This document shows, in pieces, positions 36,566 to 49,924 of a stretch of DNA of 64,000 bases (positions within the stretch are counted from its first letter, which is position 1; the number at the start of each line of letters is the position of its first letter). A program made the position numbers and the translations under genes. The stretch is from Okamejei kenojei. Its lineage: Eukaryota. The stretch is taken from the NCBI GenBank assembly GCA_035221665.1, contig CM069165.1:18786001-18850000 (forward strand). Direction: 5' to 3'. The notes under the pieces are model-generated. The model was not told the DNA's origin. It saw only the letters and a program-made list of their open reading frames with translations, and did no database searches.

Positions 36566-38574
36566 CCAAGAATTTATGCTCTCCGCCTTAAACTTACAAA
36601 GCGTTACATCAAAGAGTTGGCTGCAACGAGTTGTTCTGCTGTAATAGTCTTCTGAAGTTCAACTGGTTTGAAATCAGTTTCAATATTATTTATTTGACTA
36701 TCTTAATTCCTGCATTTGAACCACACCTCCCATTAAAGAAAATGTTGTTTGTCTGGAAAGTACTGTATTTCCTGAAATATGACATGAAATGGAGTTATTG
36801 AAATCAAAATAATTTTTATTCTTGAGTGAAACTGCATTTAACTTAAACCTGGACTATTTATATGGTTTTCTTTGATGCATTGGTGCATATCAATGTAAAC
36901 ATAAGCATGTTGCCATTTGTCAGTCATTATCCACAAATAATCCACCTTTGTCCTTCTATGTGATAGAGGTCACAGATTTATGAGAAGCATTTGATGGAAT
37001 TTTGGCAAGTTGTTACAATACACTTCTTATTCAGGGTACACATTAGCAATGGTTCTAGTGAACATTTAGGATAGAAGGTTTGTTGCCAATCAATGGGATT
37101 GCTCTGACCTGGATGGGTGTGAACGTGTTATTGGTTGAGGGATATGCAAAATACAGCTAATGGGGCAATTGTGCAATATGCACATAAAAATGCAGAAAGC
37201 AGTAAGTCAGGCAGGATCTGTTGAGAGCAAAAGCATTAATTAATATTGACAGATGTCAGCACTTTATCTGTCCATTTTGACTGACTGGTCTATTCAGTAT
37301 TTCAAACAATTTTAGTCTGCAGATGAATCTATGCTCAGTGATACAAACAGTAAGTTTCAAAAGTAAACAAACCTCATCGAATATTGTATTCAATATAAGC
37401 CAGAGGAAATTTGCAATCTATAAATGTTATTCTGATCAGTCCAGAAACTCTGAAGTTGTGTCTACTTCTATTTACGAAAAAATAAGACAGATAGAAAATG
37501 AACTGCAGAGATGAACCAGAAGGCTGATGGGGGAGTATAAACAACAGCTTGTATTTATATGGTACCTTTCGCATTACAAAACATCTCAAGGTACTTCACA
37601 GGAATGTAATAGAACAAACAAAGACACTGAGCCAAACAAAAAGAAAATAAAAGTTTTGAAAAAGGGTATGAAAGGAAGTGATGCAGAAAGATTACTGAAA
37701 AGAATTTGAAAACTAAGAGTCCAGACAACTGAGGAAATGATAACTGTGAAGAGGAAAGGGGATGAATAAAAGTCAGAGGAAATCATGCATTTTGTTCTTT
37801 AGAACTACAGGAAGCCAAAGATAAGGCTGAAATCATGGAGATATTTTAACATGAAGAAGGGTTTTATTTAGAATTCAGGCATTGATTGGCAAGGAAACCA
37901 TTTGTGGTGTGTTCTTGTTCATTGAATTAGATTGAAATTGATCTGCTATTCACTTGCCATTCGGGCAAAAATTTGAAATAGTTCTGACAAACTGAAAGGG
38001 CTTGAATTTGTGAAATTCAAATTTCTGGAAAAGAGAAATTAGCTTAAATTTAAGAAAATGCTGTGGAAATGGTTGATTTGAAGTGAAACATTGAGAATTG
38101 GTCCATGCTGTCTGATATTAGTTGCTTAATCTTGCCAACACATTTATAGAAATTTTAGAATTTGGCAATTGTAACCTGTCATTTTTGTGTCTGTGTGGAT
38201 AAGTCATACATATATATTGCATACCACATAGAGGATGTAGATAATTGTTTTCTAATTTTCCATGTTCGATTCTGAAAATTTCCCTTCTGATGCAAATTTC
38301 AAGACAACAGACAGCTCTGTGAAGAGTGATTGTCGAGTTTTGTATTTGATTGTTAATTGAAAAAGATTAGAGACAACAATTCCGTCATGGTGAATTCTCA
38401 ATAAAATTGGAGGCAAGTTAACTAAATCAACTCACTGCCAATTTTCTGTTTACCTTCTCTGCTGGATCTCTTCATTGAGCTTCTCTCCTCTGTTACCTCA
38501 ACCTGATAACATTTATTTATGTTGGCATTTGACGGACAATTTGAGTCATGTTGTGTGGCAACAGCGCTAACAGC

Positions 38575-38690
38575 AGCGTGTTGGTGCAGCCGTAGTGCTA
38601 TTACCACACATTGCCAGTGACTTGGGTTCGATTCTGACCTTGGATCAACTTGGAGTTTACACCTGTTTCCTGGGTTCCTCTGACAAGCTA
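38575..38690 (+). mobile_element. Degraded HE1-type SINE head
   Basis: TGGTGCAGCCGTAG A-box-like and GGGTTCGATTCTGACC B box. Confidence 0.55.
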
Positions 38691-40746
38691 ATGGGGTACA
38701 GTAAATTATCTCTAGTTAGCTAAATGGGAGCAACATTTTCACAAGTATCATGCTCCTGTCATCTTAATTTGCTCAAGATTGTTCTGTTACATAATATAGA
38801 AAACATGTTGAATGTTTTACTATAAAGCCAAAATAATTGAAGCGGCAACCAGCAAAGAACTATTTCACTATTTTAACATTATTACAATCAAAACTATTTG
38901 AAATACTAGTAAGAATTTAGTTTATGCATGTATCTTCTCAACCAACTATTAGGTACATTAATATATTTTTCCCCTTCTAAAGCCTGTGTTAGCACATGGC
39001 ATATGGCCAGCTCAATCTTCACAGTCAGTTGTTTATGTTTGTAAAACACAATAAATCAATAATAACTCTGCTGAAAAAGTAGTGCAATTCTGTTAATGGA
39101 GAATGGAATCCAGCATAACTTATTTAAATATTTATAAATAACTTAAAGGTAATTAATTGTAATTTCCTTTTAAAAAAAATCATGAATATGAAAGTGAGCG
39201 GTAATTTTATTTGTGCAGTTTCAGGATATAATTTATTTAAAAGAAATTCTGCTTCGAACATTGATTTAGTTTGCATGATGACTAATCACAGAATCATTTC
39301 ATGTGCCTTTTATTATGCATATTCCATTAAAAATATATTTAAAACACCAAATGTTAAGGTTTATCTAGCTAAATTTAAATGTATATTCACATGCTGCTAA
39401 AAGTATATTTGAAATGTTTTTATTGTTAGCCGCTTGGTAGATAATGCTTCAAATTTGAGATTGAGATTGGCTTGGCCAGTGCCCTTTTATATTGTGGTAG
39501 GGTCCAGTAAGAATTATAGAACAGTAACCACGCGATAGTCTGAACTAAAGGGTCTGTAGAGTCTGGAAAGAGTGTGTGGCTCTCTTTAATTTCTCTACAC
39601 AACCATGGCCATTAATCCACCATCATTAATGGCTGAAAGCCACTCACTTCTATTTTAGGCCAAATATGATATGAAGTTTAAAAAGTAGAGTTGTATCTTT
39701 CTTGACTTTTAGAACAGTCTGAGTGACATGTTTATGGCTTAAATGATGAATAGGGAAAGCAGCCCTGCTGCTTTGCTGGCATGAGTTATGGCCAAAAGTC
39801 ATTCCTGCAGAATCCAAGCAAAGGATTTAATATGGCATGAATGGGAATGTTTAATTTTCTTTATGCATGCTTGATTATTTGATCCCGTTTAAAATTGGTG
39901 AGATTTTGTCACAAGTTGAAACAACCAGGCTTTTGGACAAAATTCAATGTGAATGCAAAGGAATGTTTGTAGGTTTCCCAGATAGAGTTTACTGAAGAAC
40001 TGACCTTATTTTTTCGTATATCCAAAGCAGGAAAGTTAACATTTCAGGTTAATTATGTATCTCACCTTATAGATGTTGTCAGCATCTTCAGCATTTTCTT
40101 CTTTTATTTCAGAAATCCAGTATTTGCAATTTTTTTTCTTTTTGCTTTTAGACTTCATGAACCTGACCTGATACACTTGTATTTTCCAATTTGACCCAAA
40201 AGCTGAGCTTTAAATGCCCTCCATTTATATTTAATACCATGTGTTTCACACTGTGATCACTTTAACTTTAGGCCACTCCTAAGCTCATCATTAGCCTCCA
40301 ATTCCTTACAGTGTCCTTAATATATATTTGTGAAATTTTGAGGGGAAATGGTTGAAGATGGAATGAAAGCTATGGAGAGTTTTCGTGCTTTAGAGCTTGG
40401 AGATATTCAAATTCTGCGGGGAGTATCACTTAGCATGGAAGCCAGGAAAATAAATTGGCGATCAGCAATTTGGTGGAAATGTGCTTCAGAGACCAAATGT
40501 TAGCTCTAATGTGTTGAACTGGTAGTGAATACGGGAGCAATAATGGAAATAACAGTTCATGGGTAGAACACTTTTTGTTGGGTGTAAAAATGAATCTTAG
40601 AGTTTCAGAAGCATTTGAAAGAATGTTATCTGGTTGGTGAGGAAGAAATTCATCAACTTACTCTATTGTTATCGGTAAGTGGAAAAATAGATAAAATAAA
40701 TGTAAATACATTTAAGAGTAGGAGACATGTATCCACCTCTGCAAAC

Positions 40747-41057
40747 AGTCTGAAGAAGGGTCCCGACCAAAATGTCACCTATCCATGTTCTCCAGGGATG
40801 CTGCCTCGCTGGCTTAGTTACTCCAGCATTTTGTGTTTTTCCTTGGTAAACGGACATCTGCAGTTCCTTGGTTCTCCAAGTAGAATATAGTATAGAAAAG
40901 CAATCTCAAGATGTTTTGAAACAATGAACTGCAGTGCTGGTTTACAGAAAAGGACACAAAGTGCTGGAGTAATTCAGCAGGTCAGGCTGCATCTCTGGAG
41001 AACATGGATAGATGACCTAGTCTGAAGGAAGGTCCCAACCGAAACGTCACCTATCCA
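40747..41057. mobile_element. Two adjacent Penelope-derived elements with mutated hammerhead cores
   Basis: CAGTCTGAAGAAGGGTCCCGACCAAAATGTCACC... and ...TAGTCTGAAGGAAGGTCCCAACCGAAACGTCACC. Confidence 0.75.
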
Positions 41058-42521
41058 AAGAGTCAAACCTATCAAAGAGTCCTATTACAAATCTTGAATA
41101 TTAGTTGTCTACAAGTTTAGAAAGATATATTTTTTATTAAACTACTCTTTTCAAGCTTAAACCTGTTTGCAGAACTTATGTAGAGCTGCCTGAAGTACAT
41201 GGTCATGCAATGATTTTGAGATTATGTATTTTGGGAGTTTTACTTGTTTGTTGTCTTAAAAGCAGGAAAAACAAATTACAATCTTAAAACAAAGTGATGC
41301 TCGGTAAGCAGTTTGAGGACCATTGCACCGAGATCTCATGTTTAAAATGCAAGTGAAAATGAAAGGTACACGAGAAACCACATTGGCAGCAGTTTTTGAG
41401 AATAACTGGAGTGCAAACAGAACTAATTTAACATGGAGACTGATGCACAGTTTGAGGAAATCATTAAGTGCCAAAGGCATGCTGAGAAGTACAGCAGGTT
41501 TAGATAAATGATGTTTCGATAAGTACCTTCCATAGTATAAGAAGATTCCCTTCAGTGAATGTTCTGTACAATATCCCCAGAGGTGATTCAAAAGTAGTAT
41601 GCATTTATTGTAGCAAAGTTGTAATACTCTGAATTCTGTGTATGTTGGTTATTTTTCAAGAAGTGATCATTCTTGGTGAGTATTGTAATGATTTGATTAA
41701 ATATGTAGGGCTTCTTCTTTTGTGTGGTGTGCACAGCCTAAAGTTGTTGGACAACTTGTTCTATTTGATCTTCCATTTGTGCACATCGAGTTGATTGTAT
41801 TAGTCGAAACAGAGTGGACCACGTGAAGGTTGCAATCTTCCACACCAATATGTAGGGCTGAAAAGACTGGACTAGATTTTATAGTAAATGCAACCCATGC
41901 AACAACAAAGGAAATTGAAATGAAAAATATTGTGATGAAAATAAATGCCTTTGTTAATTGTGTATTATTTCTTGTGTTGACTTGGTAATGTTCTATGTTG
42001 GTGTGTTCCATGTAGTATGTGGTGGACATACTGGCCTTGTGATCTTTTCTAATGTTTTCTTTGCTGTTTTGTGGAATTATTTGTTTTCAAATAATTGTCT
42101 TAGTTCCTCCCTTTGGAAAGAATATTGGAAGTGGTATGCACCACAAATTGATGCCTGGGTCAGCTTCTCTTATCAAAATTGTACTTAGGTAGTTATGAAT
42201 AATACAATGAAGATTGATTAAGGCAAATTGTAAAAACTTTGACATGAAATAGGTAGGGTTTAATTTAACATGGAGTAGTGTGAGACAATGCATGTTTTGA
42301 GCAAACAGAATATAAAAGTGAAGTAGAAATATTTTGCGACGTCATTCACTGAGTACTGTGTTAAAAATGTAGCCATCTCTTTGTATATTTTGTAAATTAA
42401 TGACTAAATGTACATGGAGCAGCAAGTTTGTGATACTATTTTACGAGCTGATACCGAGATCAGAGAGTTCTGTTCACTTTTGGGATTCCTGCTATGGAGG
42501 GGGCATTAAAATGGAATTGAT

Positions 42522-43743
42522 GAGGATGCCATCAAGGGTGATAAACTATGCCAATGCAAGATACTGAATACTGCAATTATTTATAGTTATAAAAGGAGTT
42601 GATTTTAATAAACACCCAAATACAGAAAAATTAATAGCGTATATATACAATACTATCTTGGATAGGGAAATCCTAACTTCGGAAATATATTGACAAACAT
42701 GGGAAAATGAAATAGGTTTATCTGTAACGAAGGACACTTGGGAAGAAAGCCTACAACGTATACATCATTGCTCATTAAATGCTAGACATATATTGATACA
42801 ATTTAAGGTATTACACAGATTACGTTATTCAAAAACGAAATTAAATAGAATTTATCCTAACATTTCTCCTATTTGTGATAAATGTCAGAACTTGGAAGCT
42901 AATTTAACGCATAGTTTTGTAACATGTATAAAACTCAATTATTATTGGACAGAAATCTTTAGAGTTATCTCTGAAGTTCTTAAAATTAAACTGGACCCAG
43001 ATCCAAAATTAATAACATTAGGAGTTCTGGATTCAAATTTAATATTAACAGTAAACCAAAGACATTTCTTGGATTACTGTTTGATAATAGGGAAAAAAAT
43101 TAATATTTAAATTTTGGAAGGGAACATTATCCCTCACAATTAAAATGTGGACAGTGGAAATGTTGGAGACGTTGCATTTGGAAAGAATCAGATTTGTCCT
43201 AATGGACAAATACGAACTCTTTGAACAGATATGGTCTCCATATACAGAATATTTGAAGGGGTAGCTGTTCTTGGCATCACAACTCAATGGGTACCCGGCA
43301 CGATTCGATGAAAAAATTCCTTTTTTATTTTTTGATTTGCATACATGTCTCTATTGATATCGTTATTTGAAATTGTGTTATTCACTATTAAGATGTATAC
43401 TATAATCTTTTTTTAAATATATATATAATACTTTGTTTTAATTAAATATATATAACAAAATATTTTTTAATTTTTTTTTCTCTTTCTTTTCTCTGTCTCC
43501 CTCTATATAATCAAAATTATTATTTAATCACTATTCTTATTGATTAAAATCTATTTTCTTTTTTCTATTTTCTAAAAAATAGAAGGTTATAAGAATTATT
43601 CGTAACATCCGTATACTTATTGAAATAAGTTGGTTGTGTATTTGAAAAGTTGTTATACTGTTGTTATGATGGGGTACTTCCAATAAAAATATTATAAATA
43701 AATAATTAAATAAATAATTAAATAATTAAATAATTAAATAAAT
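42522..43743 (+). mobile_element. 5'-truncated L1-clade LINE (ORF2 C-terminus, AT-rich 3' UTR, tail) with TSD
   Basis: SLNARHILIQFKVLHRL..SKTKL.RI.P..SPIC.KC......L.H.F..C zinc-knuckle; AATAAA at 43682 and a (TAAATAAT)n tail; TSD AAATGGA(A/G)TTGAT at 42509-42521 and 43744-43756, at a TT/AAAA site. Confidence 0.85.
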
Positions 43744-43927
43744 AAATGGAGTTGATCGTTTTAAAATGATAACTTTTGATAGGGCGAGTTGGAAAAAACT
43801 ACTCAGCGAGTCAGCAATGAAGAGTTAGCAATTTAAATTGGCGTTGAAGGAGCAAATATTTTTCATTGGTACCACTCAGAGGAGGAAATTGGTGTTTTGA
43901 AGAGGACGTTTATATAATACTTATGCA

Positions 43928-44025
43928 AGGTCTGAAGAAGGGTCTCGACCCGAAACGTCGCCTATCTCCTTCGCTCCTTAGATGCTGCTGCACCCGCTGA
44001 GTTTCTCCAGCTTTTTGTGTACCCT
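43928..44025 (+). mobile_element. Penelope-derived element with an intact minimal hammerhead ribozyme (43928-43963)
   Basis: Stem I AGGT/GCCT, CTGAAGA 43932-43938, extra A, stem II GGGT-CTCG-ACCC, GAAAC 43952-43956, GTC cleavage triplet 43957-43959. Confidence 0.8.
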
Positions 44026-44536
44026 CCACAAAAAATAAGTTGGGATTACTGTTGCAGCATTAAAATCTGTAACAAATGATTTATTGGCATATAGCTAATA
44101 TAAGCTTTAGTCAGCAGGAATAATTTTCATTGAATGACAAATGAAAACAGTACAAGGTTGCATTAATTCTGAACAAACATTCACTTCTATAAATGTCATT
44201 TGCTGTGGATTAGCATGTGAAGGAACCAAAGTAAAAAAATCATCTAGAATGATTTGAAACACTTTTCTATAAATTAATGAGAATGTTTATAATTTAGTGC
44301 AAATTTGCTGCTGCAAGATTATGAATGTCAGTTGATTGGAAGATGGCATTCTTTGTAATTATGAAAGATAGCACCTATATTTAATCAGTTGGATAAATTT
44401 GACCTGAGTTTTCCAATTTCGAAAAATAATCTTAAGTAATTCACAGATTTTATTTCTTTTGCTGAGTCTCCGATGTAATATTTCTAGCTATCCTTGAATT
44501 ATATTTGGTAAGTTGGAATTTGATGAAAATTAAAAT

Positions 44537-44720
44537 GGTTTAGTTTAGCTTGTTATTGTCACGTGTACCGAGGTATAGTATAAAGCTTTTGTGGCATGTA
44601 TTCCAGTTGAAGAAAAGACTATATAATTACAATCAAGCCGTCCGCAGTGTACAACATAAAGTCTGATAATGTCCGATTAAAGATAGTTCAAATGTTTCTA
44701 ATGAAGTAGATGGGAATTGT
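44537..44720 (-). mobile_element. Rex1-type 3' tail fragment
   Basis: TTTAGTTTAG..TTATTGTCACGTGTACCGAGGTA, the reverse complement of the 8.9-kb tail. Confidence 0.65.
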
Positions 44721-45271
44721 GATGAAAGTTTCTGTAACTGAGATTTCCTTTTAAAGTTAAAGGAATAATAAAGTATAATGAAATCAATAATGAGCCACAT
44801 TTTCTTCTTTGAGAATTATTTAATTGTGTGAATTGCTAAATTGCATATGGGTGTTTCCAGTACAGAGGCAATTATAGTAAATAATTATTAAAAATCCAGG
44901 AATTCCTGCCCAACTGGTACTATAACCTTGCATAAGGGTTCTGTGTCAGTACAAAGAGGCATTTCACCACTGCTGAGACCAATTAAGAATAAACAATAAA
45001 TGCAATAAACATTGATCTTCCTAGATCTCATCAAAGAGCATAACAAAGGTTATGATGGAAGAAATCAGTACAGATTTGGAGATAATTCCTAGATATCTAA
45101 CCAAGCAACGTATCCTTCAAATGTTGAGGATGTTGACAGGACTTGAGGTCCTGTGCTACAGAGAGAGGTTTGGCAGACTAGGACTTTATTCCTTGGAGTG
45201 CAATAGGATGAAGAGTGAACTTATAGTGTATAAGATCACCCCTGAAAGGGTGAGGGTAATAGATTGGGTAA

Positions 45272-45422
45272 GTGAACAGATACCCTTTAATAAAATCTGA
45301 CAATGTGCACTTTAACCACATGTGATTTTTTTTCTATTACAAATCTCAAATTGTGGAGTACAGAGGCAAATAAATAAATGATAAATATAAATAATGTCCC
45401 AAACATTATGGAAGGCACTATA
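45272..45422. mobile_element. Tc1/mariner terminal fragment next to a CR1 remnant (45120-45240)
   Basis: Ends TCCCAAACATTATGGAAGGCACTATA, resembling a Tc1 TIR (CAGTGCCCTCCATAATGTTTGG) plus TA. Confidence 0.5.
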
Positions 45423-45545
45423 CATGTCCAGATGTATTTTACATTAACAAAAATGTGTATTTTTTAAGTAGCTTAAAATGATATGATGATTACTAGCCAT
45501 ACATCCCAAAACATTTTTTTCTCCTCTAAACTACTTTGAAATAAT

Positions 45546-45745
45546 GTGTAGGAAAGAACTACAGATGCTGATTTAAATCGAAGATAGACACAAAATGATG
45601 GAGTAATTCAGCGGGAGAGGCAGCATCTCTAGAGAGAAGGAATGGGTGACGTTTTGGGTTGAGTTTGGGGTCTGAAGAAGGGTCTTGACCTGAAACGTCA
45701 CCCATTCCTTCTCTCCAGAGATGCTGCCTGTCTTGCTGAGTTAAT
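45546..45745. mobile_element. Palindromic Penelope-derived element with near-intact + strand hammerhead (45668-45703)
   Basis: GGGT-CTGAAGA-A-GGGTC-TT-GACCT-GAAAC-GTC-ACCC; stem I GGGT/ACCC; long inverted arms. Confidence 0.8.
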
Positions 45746-47202
45746 CTATCTTTTTGTGCCTACTTTGAAATAATGATCTTTTAGGTTGCAGGAAGATTTT
45801 TTTACACCAGTGCATGCCATATTGGGTGCGTACCATTTGGTGCCTGCTGCTGCACTGCTGTGAAGGTGAGATGTGAATGGGATCATTAAAAAAAAGTTGG
45901 GTCTGTTTATAGAATTGTATAACAGTTTCTAGCTGAAATCTAGCAAAACTGGTGTTTTTACTGATTAATTTATCAAAGTGTAGTATCACCATCTGTTAAA
46001 GTAGCTAATTGAAATGCAATTTTTCAATCTGTTTGAGAAGCACAATATTAACTAATACAGAAAGTACCCTTTCATGAAATCTTGGTGTAAACATGTAAGA
46101 AGGAAAGCAAGAGAGGACAGAAAATGATAAATTAACCGTATGGAGCAATAGCCAAAAAAGATGCATATTTAATAAAGAAATTCAATTGAAAATGAATTAA
46201 ATTATCTGAATAGCAATAATTAGTATCAGCAATAAAATAAGGGAGATGTAGAAAATATATGATGAACATACAGATGGACAATGTCACAGCAGTAAAAAAA
46301 GAGATGGCCATAAGGAAATTAAAATAGAATCCATCTGGAGAGAAAATAAAACAAAGATTTGATTCTACAGGTAGTGGAAGAGATGTGGACGAAGACATTT
46401 GGACAAATTATAGAAAAAAATAGAAGGTTAATAATTTCAACTCGCCCAACATTGATTAGACTGAAGAAATAGTTATTGGGAGTAAAGGAATGGAGATCTT
46501 ACATTATATAAAGGATTCTTTCAAGCGTCAAGAGTGTTTAATTGTCATATGCAATGAGAATGGACCAATGAAATTCTTGCAACTATCTTCGGGAAATAGA
46601 CACAGTAGCCTGAGAGTTTTTACCTTTGGGTTCTAGATTAGCTTCTTCCCGTCAACCCTCAAGTTATTGAACCATGCCGTACAATCCTAACCATAACACT
46701 ACCACAGCATCGAACTACGAAGAGCTTTTAAGGGTTGAACAACAAAATTCGGCCTGCATTATTGTGGTCCTGTGACCCAATATAACTGATATTTTATTAT
46801 ATTATTATTCATTACATATTTTTACCTAGTTGTGTTCATATGCATTTTGCATTCTGTTTTCTAAATAGAGCTGTGGAATTTTTCCAGGTTCTTGTTTTCA
46901 ACTGAGCTATTTATAATGTCCAATTTGAAATGTTTGCTTTGAGCTCTTTTGATGCAATCGTAATTTGATAACATTCAATGGGAAGCAGTGATATGGATAA
47001 AGGAAAAGATCAATATTGTTTTTGTAATTATTAACATAATGATTGATAAAAAAATCACAAAATGTGACTTTATGTTACCACTTTGTGATCAGTTTAGAGC
47101 TTTAAAATATGTTAATATGTGTTCACATTGTTTTGTGTTTTCCAACTTGCATGCTTTGGATCAGTGATTTTTGAGAAAATGTTTTTCACTTTGTATGACA
47201 TC

Positions 47203-47461
47203 ACTGTTAACATTTTCTGTCTCTTAATTTTTTTGGTTTCTGTTAACATTTTTTGTCTTTGTTAACATTTTCAGTCTTTGTTAACATTTTCCAACTGTTG
47301 ACATTTTTTTTTGTCTCTCTTAACATTCTCATGGTCTGTTAACACTCTTGTGCTCTGTTTGGCATAAGTCAAATGTGGTGACAAATTAATCTTGAGTCAC
47401 ACTGTAAGTATATATGACACCTAACTAATTTTGACACCTAATATGACACCTAACTAATTTT
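47203..47461. repeat. Degenerate ~20-bp minisatellite (TGTTAACATTTT core) followed by a TGACACCTAA(CTAATTT) tandem
   Basis: About 8 copies of the (C/T)TGTTAACATTTT-like unit at 47203-47360; triplicated TGACACCTAA at 47414-47461. Confidence 0.75.
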
Positions 47462-47749
47462 CTGGACCAGAGAGTCAACCAGAAATACTTTGTTTACCAG
47501 AAATGCTACTTTGGTGATCTATTCATGCCAAATTGTTAAAATGTCTGTAAATTTGCTATGTTGTACAATGGAATCTTGATTTTGAGAATTATGTTTAAAT
47601 TAGCCAAATTCACGGAATATGTTTAAGTGAGAGATCTTTTAACATGTTTATTCTAACACAATAAAAACCTACAAGGTTGTCTATGTAATTTATTTCTGGA
47701 ATGTGCTGTCTTTATCCATTTTATCTCTGGCTATTGGTGGATTACTTCC

Positions 47750-48240
47750 ATATTAAGAAAATGATGGGCTGAGCAACGTCTCAATTGTACATGAGGAATC
47801 TCCAACGTCTGCAGAAAGTGCTATGGAAAGTATTCTGAAAGGAAAGAACTCAACCTTGTATGGCAACTGCTCTGCTTTTGACCACCACAACCTACAGAGA
47901 TTGATGAGCAGAGCCCAGTCCATCACAGGCTCGTCATTTCATTTCTTCCAGACTTCCAGACTGGTTGCATTGCACCAGAAAGATGGAAGTCAAGGATGCC
48001 TGTTACCTTGGCTCTTTTCTACTTCTGGGAGAAAATACAAAAGTTTGAAAGCTTGGACAAAAAGACCTAAGAACAGCTTCTCCCAACCATGGTCGGTCTA
48101 TTGAACCAACCTCTTCTATTATACCCACTTCATAGAGGTGTTGCAATGTAATTATAACTCATTTGGTTATTCTGTCATTGCGACAGCAAGTTGTTGAGCA
48201 CTTTATTTTTTGCACTACTTCGCATTGCGCTATAATCTTT
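47750..48240 (+). mobile_element. Old Rex1/Babar LINE 3' remnant
   Basis: MESIL....LYGNCSA.D..NLQRLMS.AQSITG...SGRKYKSL...T.R.KNSF. Confidence 0.65.
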
Positions 48241-49924
48241 GCACCACATTCCAATTTAACACTGAGTTGGTATTCTGAAATTATATCAAAACTATCACGA
48301 CGGGATCTGAACTAGTGTTAATATTTATCAGGTCTCTCAATTAAACAGTCTATTAATTTAAATACTGCTTTGTTTCAGCAACTAGTTGTACATTCGGTAC
48401 AGGTTTGTTTTCCCAAATATTTTTATATTAATTTCAGGTGCCAAAGTGGAGATTCCTGTGAAACATCAGCTAATGAATACAATTATCTCTCCCCTAAAAA
48501 CTGCTGTGTAATTTATTTGAGAGGTGTGGATTGATGGGTGTCAGGGACAAGTGCCTCCACTAATCATATGCTTTGGCTTTGTATGTTTGTTTCTGTGGTA
48601 ACTGTGTGTGTTGTGCAGAAACTTAGTCATTTGATATAAGTTATGGCCAGTGTATTCCATTGGGCAATACAATGATCCTGCCTGTCCAATATTAGATTTG
48701 TATATACTAGAACATGCACTGTAAATATTTGACTTATTAAATATAAAGCACACTGAAGCTACGAAGAACATTTGTATTGACAGGAAAAATTATTTCCCAC
48801 TCTGATTTGCATTATTCTGCTTGGTAAAAATGTATTTAAACTATTGCCTTTTGTCGTATTTGATTAATCTAACAATGTACCAAGCAAAATTGAACATTAT
48901 TGTCCTGTGTCTCCCTGTTCTAACACCTCTCTTATCATCCCTCATAGCCATCTCCTTGTAGCTTCCCACCTATTGCAAACATTCCCCTTTGTATTTTTCT
49001 TATGTTCCTGCCTTTCTCTTCAAATGATAACAAAAAATTCTCCATTTCCAATGAAAGGTCATTGATCTGAAGTATTAATGCAGAGTTTTCTCACCCTGAT
49101 CTGCAGTCTTATTATATTTCAAGCTCTATTTGTTTTATTTTAAATATTATGGGGCTGAATAACTTGTTTCTATTCTCCATTTCTATACGGATGCAATGCT
49201 GGTGCCTTATCTCATTTATTCACTAATTTCACTTTTAAAAAAGCACAATCAAATAAAATACCTCATATATATATATATATATATAATGGTTGATAAAATT
49301 GAAAAGATGATTCAGTGATGTGAAAATTGGCTTCTTTTGCAAGTCATTTTAATTTTTGGAAAATATTAATATTTACCAGATTTAACTCATTTAAAATCTG
49401 ATATTATTAAATCATGTCTTGTTCCATTTGATTTTTGACTACTAATGAGATGGGTAAAAATCTAAGGCTGGTGACAGATAATCACTCATCAAGGATTTGT
49501 CCAGAGAGCTTATTTTTATTGTTCGACATATTAAGCTTATTGACCAAAATCATCAGTTAATTGTACTTTACAGTAATGTTATTGCAACACCTGCTAACGT
49601 TTTAAATAACAGTCAATCCACAGGGAGAAAACAAAATTTATGTTCAAAATCCTTCACAATTTTGGTTAGTGAAGATACAATTGAACTATAAGATTCTAAT
49701 TTCAGCTCATGGTTGCTGGTGAGATTGGATACGTGGGCTCCTTGACCTGTTAAGATTCTTGGCAAAGAAATGCAAATTGGCTAAGATTTCTGGGTGTTGC
49801 AGTTGGTTTGGTGAATGAAGTTTGCTGAGTGAAGCTATTTTGTAAAAATTAAGTGTTAACAATATATTTCATTATAATGGCCTTTGGACAATTAAGTATC
49901 TTGAGGTTCACAATTGTCAAACTT

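Noticed and set aside
47203-47360. CRISPR-like repeat array
   Set aside because: Degenerate short units without unique spacers, eukaryotic context, no cas genes
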